Positions 54,781 through 64,000 of a stretch of DNA of 64,000 nucleotides are shown one piece after another. Location: NCBI RefSeq assembly GCF_001194135.2, contig NC_068992.1:5119905-5183904 (forward strand), in the 5' to 3' direction. This DNA comes from Octopus bimaculoides. Taxonomy: Eukaryota. A program made the translations under genes and the position numbers. Under the pieces are notes generated by a model that searched no databases, was not told the DNA's origin, and was given only the letters and a program-made list of their open reading frames with translations. Within the stretch, counting starts at the first letter, position 1, and every line of letters starts with the position of its first letter.

Positions 54781-57656
54781 CCTATAAGACATTTAGATTT
54801 ATCTCTTCATGTGCATCCGGGGTAAGTTTGAACTCTTGGTTGTTCATTGTTACATGTCTTTACATTAGATCGGGGAGCAAGAAATAGCTTTCTGTATCTA
54901 TGGTTGCTAGAAACGTGAATGCCTTGTACCTATATTTGTTATAGCATTTAAGAGAAAAAGAAGGCTTGTCTACACAAGACCTATGCTTACAGCAAATTAT
55001 TGGGGAGATGGTATTATAAAGGATTTAATCACTCTAACCGCTAAGATGCTGAACATAATGATAATGACGAGAGTCGGTTTTAAATATTTCTTTAGAAGTA
55101 GAAAGCCATATAATCTTACCGCTATTGTTTGAGGTTGTTAAGATTCAAAATCCAACAGGTGGGAGGCAGGAATGATTATTAACATATTTCAGATTCTCCT
55201 TGAGTGTATGAACGGGCTTATAGGAATTAGTTGTGAACACAAAAGAGACATCTAAAACATCGGTCCGACTTAGATAAGAGTCAATAGAGATTTTATGTCT
55301 TGAAGATAGCAATTAACTGTTTTTGAAAGGAATTCATAGAATTGTCATGAAATTTGTGTGGGTCTGCCAATACATTCAGACGCTATATATATAAAATTTC
55401 GAATTTAGTTCAATGAGTGTAAATTGGCCAAATCGAGTGTATCTGCGCTGGTATATGAACACATTGGGACTTCGAATAGTTCACTTGTTTTAATCTAATT
55501 TCTCCAAACAGATCCGCCATGGCCTTGTGATTTGGTAGTCCAAAGATGAAAGATATCCGTATTGCGCATATTCATGTGTATGCGCGCGTGTATGTTTGTC
55601 CGTGTGTATGTGTACGTGTGTGTGTGTACGTGTGTGTGCATGCGTGTGTATATGCATATAGACACTCGTTTATACTCATATACATGCAAACATGGATATG
55701 TGAAAATCTTTTCTGGAAGTAGTGGATCCCGAAGCAGATACTAAAGATGAAAATTAATGATCGTTAATATTGTGTTGCAAAAACACAATATTAACATTCT
55801 AACACGATGAGCTAGAAGTCGATGGATGTGTAAAGTTTAGTTACTATCTTTGATAACTTTATCTTCTATACCAAACATATTATTTCCTTTGTTGGTGTGC
55901 ACACACAAAGACACACACACATGCAAGCAGATGTTCAAACATAAGTATGTGTATGTGTGTGTAACAATTACACACATGCAAATTATGATAAGGAAAATTA
56001 TTTGTTTTTATAAAATAATATAAACTGCAGCGCCAGTTTTTATCGTTCTAGATGTCGTCTTGTTTGTGTGAGAAAGGGTAATATTGAACTCTTGAATAGA
56101 ATTGACAAATAATTCTTATAAACCCATGGCTACTCAGAAAATATTCACTCCGGGAATAAAAAAAATACCCTCGACTGCCTTTCCCAAGGTTTTCGCGTAT
56201 GTAATTTCACAAACCACTCCCATGACAACATAAGAATGTTGAGAACATTTTCGTTCAATGTTCTGAATTCGTCGCCCAGTGTGTTCGATCCAAAACCATA
56301 TAGTCGATGTTTTCAAAATTCTGCAAAACTTCGGAAGCAATTCAGTAGTTTTAATCTCACCATAATATTAGTCCCCCTGTAATTTTTTTTTTTTTTTTGG
56401 CTTAATCTCACATTATAATTATCAAGCATGAAATAATATACATCAGAGAAAACCTCACGCATATCGGCCGAATAATTTATGTGCCTTATCTATTTCATAT
56501 TTGCAACAAACACTATAATATTTATTATATTACATTGTCGATTTTTTTCTGATGGCTGTATACAAAATAATATCCTGCTATAGACGTACTCTACTGACAT
56601 ATAGCCTGAGGTTAATACAAGGCTAATATTTGTAAAACATACGGCTGTCGTAAACTTATCCTTTCACATTATTTAATGATATATGGAACACTGAACGTAG
56701 TTTTGATGTATCGTACACCAATGCATAGAAGACTGTTTTCTTGATCCAATATAATTATATTATTTTTATTGATGATCCATATCACAGATATCCTATTAGA
56801 TACCCTACAAGTGTAAGCTACCGCTCTTATTTTATTTGACAATCACTCACTTCTAGATTACCTGATCGGCTGAAAGCCAGATCCAATCAAAGTTGATAAC
56901 TTTTGTAGTTGAATACTATGAAAATATTCGCGGTCGCCAGCATTTTATGCTACGAGCAGTAATCAAGAACAGAGAAAATCAAATAAAGCTCAAGTTGGAG
57001 AAATATAAGATCAAGGCAATCAATTTCATTCCGATGTGTATGAAATTAGACTTAACATGGTTGTTACAAATCTCTAGCGAGAACCAAGCTCGTTCTTTCA
57101 CGTGTGTGACCTTTCGTGATAAAAACCGACTCGAATAATAACATTGATACCTGCTGTGATACTTAAAACGACAGTAAAAGAAAATCAGTATTAATGACAC
57201 AGCGAAAAGGAAGCCACTACGCAGTGGTAAGAGAGAATGTATTCGTAATATAAGTCCACTTCAAATTTCGACTTGTCATGACAACAATAAATAACAATCT
57301 TATGAAATACGACGTGTACTTCGACAACAAACGAACACTCTGACCTGCTATATGAAACTAGAGCCATTACTTTTTGATCACGCTACAAGTAAAGCACTGC
57401 AAATAATTTCGGCAAATGGCAAATCATTTCCGAGAACTCGCTATTCTGATTTCCGTACAAAATGTTCAAAATTAAGAGCTGCCATTGCACACCGAGATAT
57501 TTGCGATATAAATTTTTACGGGGTAAAAAGCAAAACACCGTAAAAAAAACATTTGCATTGCTAGCTATATATGACTGTGGAATTTTACTATTCGTAGGCA
57601 ATATACACGTACATACATACACACGTAGATACATACATACATACATACATATACAT

Positions 57657-57690
<34 letters not shown>

Positions 57691-57692
57691 TA

Positions 57693-58081
57693 NNNNNNNN
57701 NNNNNNNNNNNNNNNNNNNNNNNNNNNNNNNNNNNNNNNNNNNNNNNNNNNNNNNNNNNNNNNNNNNNNNNNNNNNNNNNNNNNNNNNNNNNNNNNNNNN
57801 NNNNNNNNNNNNNNNNNNNNNNNNNNNNNNNNNNNNNNNNNNNNNNNNNNNNNNNNNNNNNNNNNNNNNNNNNNNNNNNNNNNNNNNNNNNNNNNNNNNN
57901 NNNNNNNNNNNNNNNNNNNNNNNNNNNNNNNNNNNNNNNNNNNNNNNNNNNNNNNNNNNNNNNNNNNNNNNNNNNNNNNNNNNNNNNNNNNNNNNNNNNN
58001 NNNNNNNNNNNNNNNNNNNNNNNNNNNNNNNNNNNNNNNNNNNNNNNNNNNNNNNNNNNNNNNNNNNNNNNNNNNNNNNNN
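57693..58081. other. Assembly gap (N)
   Basis: N run. Confidence 1.
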
Positions 58082-58281
58082 TATATATAATACAAAAAAT
58101 ATATATGCATGTATACACACATATATGTGTATACTTTCATCTACATGTGTATATAGATGCATATCAAGGTACAGGACGTTAGAACAATGAAATACAGACA
58201 ACGGAACGAACACATAGGAAAACAGAAAGCTACTTGGAATTATTCATCAGCTGCCTCTATTCTAACTCGACGTTTCTAAGA

Positions 58282-59147
58282 TACGAGGTACGATCAATAA
58301 GTATGCGGACTGGTGCCAAAGTAACGAAGGTAAAGTACGCGCAGGAAAGCCGCACGGCAAAGTTTGAGAACCACCGCTGCTGTGCATGCGCATCAATTTT
58401 CAACGTCCGCTCTCTACGGCATACGTCCGCTCTCTACGGCAGTGCTTCAAAAGAATGTTTGTAGCCAGTGATCTTCGCATTGACTATGACGAGAAAAGTT
58501 GTTATAGCGATACCTGCTCAGAGGCATATACAAGGTTGCAAAAAGCTTACTGAAAAGAGTGTATGAGTCGCACACATGTGTACGAGTCGTTCAGAGGTTT
58601 CCAAGATGGCCGAAAAAAATGTTGATTTTGACGAACGTTTTGGGAGACCCGCAACCAGCAGAAATGAGCAAAACATCCCAGATGTGCTAGCAGTTGTTAA
58701 GGGAAATCGGCAAATCACCATCCGTAATTTTTCAGGGGTACTGCAAATTAGTTGAAGTTCAGTTCAGTCTATTATCACTGACGATTTGGGAATGAGACGC
58801 GTGTCTGCAAAGTTTGTGCCAAAACCAACTTCAGTTGACCAAAAAGAGACTCGGGTTCCATTTGCACAATGTCTCTTTGAGGGTATCGAGAATGATGAAC
58901 ACATCTTGAAAATTTGCATAAGCCTCTGAGCAGGTATCACCAAGCTTTAGGCAAAATTTGATGCAGATTCTCTGCTTAACTTCCGCCATGGTCAACGCGA
59001 CAATCACACGCTACACACCTTCCTTCCAAGCACTTAGAGTGCATACTAACAGCGTTTAAGTTCAATTCGTGCCAGGCGGCTTCACTGCGCGTGCTGAAGT
59101 TCCGTTACTATGCCAATAGTCCGGATACATATTAATGAGACCACGTA
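58282..59147 (+). mobile_element. Rearranged mariner with two left ends in inverted orientation
   Basis: Flanked by TA on both sides with imperfect TIRs. The plus strand has CSEAYTRLQKAY...GRPATSRNEQNI...DLGMRRVSAKFVPK. The minus strand from 59147 has a second left end that starts MAEVKQRICIKFCLKLGDTCSEAY. Confidence 0.85.
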
Positions 59148-59249
59148 CATATACATATATATATATATATATATAATTGTATATATACAGAAACACACAC
59201 AACCGGCACCACGCACGTGCAAGAACACACACACACACACACACACACA

Positions 59250-59550
59250 NNNNNNNNNNNNNNNNNNNNNNNNNNNNNNNNNNNNNNNNNNNNNNNNNNN
59301 NNNNNNNNNNNNNNNNNNNNNNNNNNNNNNNNNNNNNNNNNNNNNNNNNNNNNNNNNNNNNNNNNNNNNNNNNNNNNNNNNNNNNNNNNNNNNNNNNNNN
59401 NNNNNNNNNNNNNNNNNNNNNNNNNNNNNNNNNNNNNNNNNNNNNNNNNNNNNNNNNNNNNNNNNNNNNNNNNNNNNNNNNNNNNNNNNNNNNNNNNNNN
59501 NNNNNNNNNNNNNNNNNNNNNNNNNNNNNNNNNNNNNNNNNNNNNNNNNN
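59250..59550. other. Assembly gap (N)
   Basis: N run. Confidence 1.
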
Positions 59551-59599
59551 AAAAAAAAAAAAAAGCAAAGGTGGTAGTGATGGTTCGGATTCTAATATA

Positions 59600-60070
59600 G
59601 GTCTTAATAGTAATGAGAAGGATAGAGTTTTGTTTGGCCTTGTGATTATAAAAACAAAGAAAATTATTTATTCGCAAATTTTTGTTAAATTTAGTGAAGT
59701 AGGTTATCTAGTTAAAGTCATTTCTTAGGGTAATGATTACGTTTATATTGTTCCTCTGCTTGTTATATTAAGAAAAGGGTTTTGAATCATTTCCATTCTT
59801 TTAGGAACAGAAGTAGGGCTTCTTATACTCGTCTTAGCAATTTTATCTGGAATCTTAAAGATAATAGTAAATCGTTCTTTATTGAATAGAACGTTTTAGG
59901 GACGGGACCGGCTTATAAGATTCGTAATAGATTCTGCTCGTTTTGTTCTGAGGAATTATATTTGATTTTATTTGCGAGAGGAAAACTGCTAAATTCTGAA
60001 CCTGAAAGAGGATTTTTCTGTATTCACAGGAATAATTGTGTGTTGAAAAAATTTTCGATAAGGAAGTCCA
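59600..60070 (+). mobile_element. Penelope-like element GIY-YIG endonuclease relic (Penelope/Poseidon-like)
   Basis: TKKIIY...DYVYI-[frameshift]-CSSACYIKKRVLNHFHSFRNRSRASYTRLSNFIWNLKDNSKSFFIE*NVLGTGPAYKIRNRFCSFCSEELYLILFARGKLLNSEPERGFFCIHRNNCVLKKF. This matches the T.LS..IW.LKD...C.LC..E...I.....LLN....C.H pattern. Confidence 0.85.
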
Positions 60071-61002
60071 TTATGGGTGTTTTATATTGTCTTATTTTTG
60101 ATTCACCTGGTTTTTGGTTAACCGATTATTGAGAGTTTGATAATCACTGTTTCCCCCTTTGTATTTACTATTTAAGTAGGTTCCTCTCTGATTGTTTTTG
60201 TCTTTGCATTTGTTTTCGGTTTTCTACATTGCCATTATATATTACTTGGGTTTTATTTCTAGGTGAATTCTTTCCAGTGTTATATTCTTGATTTGGATAT
60301 ATATTCTAGTTTAATAAAACAATATAAGCACTCTTTAGATTATCACTTCTAAATTGACTTCTTAATGCTGTGATTTCAATAATCTATAGCTTATATATAT
60401 ACAGAGAAAAGTAGATAGATAAATAGATAGATATATAGATAGAAGTGTGTGTGTGTGTGTGTGTGTGTGTATCCGTCTGTGTGTGCTTGTATGCGTGAAT
60501 ATCAGATGGCGTATGCCATGCATATGCGTGATATATCACTATTAACGTCTCATAAAATATCACGTTTCCGGTATCTTTTGCGAAAGAGCTAACTGGCACT
60601 ATGACTCGTATACGTAAAGGTTATGTATTTGACTTAAATATTGCAAACACTACATTTACATACTCTAATTAAATGGGAAAATGCGAGTAAGGGAAATAAT
60701 GTTCTTAAGATTATAATCTTCGAAAAGTACAGGACTACGTCATCAGAAAAGGTACATTGAAAAGCAATACTTCAGTTTGGTAACGGCCATTAGCTGAAAC
60801 CAGTAACTGTACACACATACACACACACATACACGCACGCACTTTATTTATATATATATATATATATATATTCGGAAGAAATGGAGGTTTCTCCTTGCAG
60901 TCTCTTGACGATCATTCTGCTTAAATTTTCGTAGGCCAATCCAACACATTTACGAAAATAATAATACGCAGAGATTATGTTAGTCGCAACAAGTGTAAAA
61001 TT

Positions 61003-61042
61003 ATGGGTAGACAACTGCTTGGTGTGATCCTGTTATTTGCAG
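61003..61042 (+). CDS. Candidate first coding exon of a secreted or membrane protein (signal peptide)
   Basis: AAAATT-ATG-G context. It encodes MGRQLLGVILLFA followed by a phase-1 donor CAG|GTAAGA. Upstream acceptors are GTTTCTCCTTGCAG| (60900) and TTTTCGTAG| (60934). Confidence 0.45.
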
Positions 61043-62369
61043 GTAAGAAAGTACTCGTGACTTCGACATAGAAATATATTCTTCCATACAGATACCCGCA
61101 CAATATCCTGCACACACGGCGTTTGTGAATAGTAGCCATTTATTGTAGTTATTATAAAGTCGGGCGGAAACCATACCATCACCTTGAGAATATATAGTAT
61201 CATAATTACTCATGTAAAATATATATATATACACACATTTGCGCCTACATACACAGGTATACATATTGGTTTTCAATATTATGTTTTATGTTGAGTGAGG
61301 TATAACAATACTATATAACTGAAACTGTTTTCTTCTGAATCTCTCAAATGTTGAATTAATTATTTCTAGAATCTGCCCTTGAGACGTCTTGAGGAACCAC
61401 TCTACTACTAATTACATAATTGTCATACTTCTTTAGATCATATCAAAAATTATTAATGTTGTTTTGTTATTATTATGTCAACGTTGACATATCGGTTAAA
61501 ATTCGATTAGGGTAACTCATCTTGGAATATGAAAAGATATGGAGATAATGAGTGTATTTATTGATTTCGATTTTATTACAATTCATCTACGTCACATACA
61601 TAATTCTTTCGTTCTCCTGCTGTCAGTCCTCAGGCCTTTCTTCCATGCGGTGTAAATGATACTTAATTATTCATATACATCCTCAACAGTAACGTATACA
61701 TCGTTTACCGAGTTATGAAAGTTCACCTCCTGCTAAATATATCTATAAAGAGTAATACTGCAAACAATCTTTATTTTTACGCGATAATTGATAGCTATGG
61801 TAAAAGACGATGTACGTTGTATTGAATATTAGACATCTCTAACGTTTCAGAACGACCTTCGACCGTTGACCGCAGCAAAGCTTATAAGCTATTAATAAAT
61901 GGTTCATTAGTAAACTTACTGGACAGTTCGCCGTAACGCTTTGGATAATTTCATATTAATTTCAATCGAACAAAAATAATATCCGACGAGAAATTAATCA
62001 TTTTATGAGTAGAGAATTTCCTAATTTTCCATTCTGTATAATACAGTTCAAATATGTTGTCCTCAATATGATATTAAATTAATTTTTGCTCACGTAATTT
62101 TTCATAATATCAAATCTGTTACAGCTATATAACTTAAAGCATTATACTCATCTGCAGAAAAAGAGAGGTCTATACTGTAGAATACGGTGATGAATATATT
62201 TTAGTCCATGTTACAAAACAAAATGGAAAACACACGTTTCAAATTCAAATTCGGGTATGTAACAGTATCCTCGTAACATTCACAGGAATGGTCTCGTGTC
62301 AAAAAATTTTAATTAACTTTTAGTTTCCCGTGTCTATTTTTTAAAGACTTTCCCTCCCATTAACGTATT

Positions 62370-62750
62370 ATCTTTTACCTGTTTCGAACGTTACACTGTG
62401 ACTATGCTTGTGCGCCGCCTTTTACAAATTTTAATTGAATTAATGGGGCCCACTTCTCTCAGACTCTGTAACGAAACGCCAAGTTACAGAGATGTAAGTA
62501 CACCGACACTGATTGTCAAGCAAGGATGAAGGGCAAAAAGGGACACGAGTACGTGCACATACGCATGCGCGCACTCAAATACATAAATACGCAATGGAAT
62601 CCCTTGAGTTTCTCTGTACCAAATCCACTCAGGAGGCTTTGGTCGGCCGAGTCTAATATAGAAGTCCTTTTTTGGACAAGGTGCCAGCAATGGAAGCGAA
62701 GCCAGATCCACGTGGTGGTGAAGCAGATCTAGTTTCACGTTTTTTACTAC
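62370..62750 (-). mobile_element. SINE family B, near full length, degenerate
   Basis: Tail TTTTACCTGTTTC...ATGCTTGTGCGCCGCCTTT, core CCAAGTTACAGAGATGTAAGTACACC...GATTGTCAAGC, head part CCAAATCCACTCAGGAGGCTTTGGTCGGCC. Confidence 0.75.
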
Positions 62751-62806
62751 AATACGGCTGTCCCAGTTTGTTCCTACCTTCTATTTCACACACACAAACT
62801 CACACT

Positions 62807-62881
<75 letters not shown>

Positions 62882-64000
62882 CTAGGTGGATATCTTTTTG
62901 TGTAGTTGATGTTCATGTATATTCGATGTAGTACACACGCCTTGATTCTACATTTTGAATCATTTCTTTGAGACGTGAACCAAAAGCTATCTCGACAAGT
63001 AAGAATTCTAGAAATTATGCATTGTCAAGTCCTTATATGTATAAGAAAATTTAAAAAAAACGCAATTGTCATATGAGTTCTTCAACGAGAATACCTTCTA
63101 AAGAATAGTAAATAATTCTGAAGAAATCAAGGCACATTTCAAAATGTAACAATGCAATGACACTCTGATTCGTTACAATATATATCAGGCTTATATTGTC
63201 ATTTATCTTTTTACGATTCTCGTAGAAGCTTGTTGAATTAACTATAGGCAGCTTTTAATCGAAACATATGACTGAGATCTGATTATATTTTTCTTTTTGT
63301 CAATAGAATGTTTCTCTGATGACAAGTTACTATAGCAACCTGTCGAACAGCGAAATATCTCTGACTCAAAGGGAAAAATTAAAATAGTTATGGAACCTAA
63401 GTTGGCAATCACTGACATTGACATCAATACATTTTCAATCCAAATGGCATGTGGCAGTGAAAGTTCAGCGAGGTTAAAATCAATTGACTTTGCTCGATCG
63501 AATATACCTAAACCCAATATCGAATCTTCAAACTCGTATTATTTTAATTTCTACACGAAATGCGTTTATAATTTTGCATTCCACACCCTCGTGCATATTT
63601 AATATAATGTAGTGTTCACCAGTTCTATAATGTTGGTCTTACTGCGAAACGACAGATAAAGTCTTCGTTTCTCCTGCCATTTGCACCTGACATATATGCT
63701 AACTTGTATTGATTCATTTTCCTTCTCTCTTTCGATGTTCTGTTTAATAATAGAGGCCATGGGTTCTGCGAGTACCATACATATTCATTTTATGTGCAAC
63801 AAAATGGTATATAAAGAATTTTGATAATATCTGTCTTAAATTAAAATCCCATGCTACCCGAAACCGTATAAAAGATTGTAGGTACAATAGGTATATGCTT
63901 ATACCTACCTATCCACCTTTGCATATACACGCACACACATACATGCACACATCTATATATATGCGTGTGTATATGTGTATATGTTTAATTTTAAGATATA

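Noticed and set aside
56100-56380. CCATAATATTAGTCCCCCTGTA as the partner TIR of the Tc1-like end at 54477
   Set aside because: Only the terminal CCCCTGTA matches, and the rest of the TIR does not align.

Overview
AT-rich eukaryotic (metazoan) genomic DNA from a draft assembly. It has seven N-gaps, each next to (TA)n/(CA)n tracts or an A-run. The tRNA-derived SINE families, very dense microsatellites and mariner load match what I recall of octopod genomes such as Octopus bimaculoides; that assignment is inference, not a database hit. The window is mostly intronic or intergenic. It contains about 18 copies of three SINE families (called A, B and C here), six mariner relics plus one Tc1-like end, two RTE LINE relics, two Penelope-like (PLE) GIY-YIG endonuclease relics and a 231-bp palindromic MITE-like element. 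I recognise no host gene. The best gene evidence is a plus-strand exon encoding a signal-peptide-like MGRQLLGVILLFA (61003-61042) and two plus-strand micro-exon candidates. Most ORFs in the supplied track are artefacts of microsatellites, N-gaps or off-frame TE sequence. The most interesting observation is a minimal type-I hammerhead ribozyme fold in the 3' part of a tRNA-headed SINE (10890-10935, minus strand), which suggests a SINE with a Penelope-type tail. There are no CRISPR arrays, rRNA genes or intact tRNA genes.
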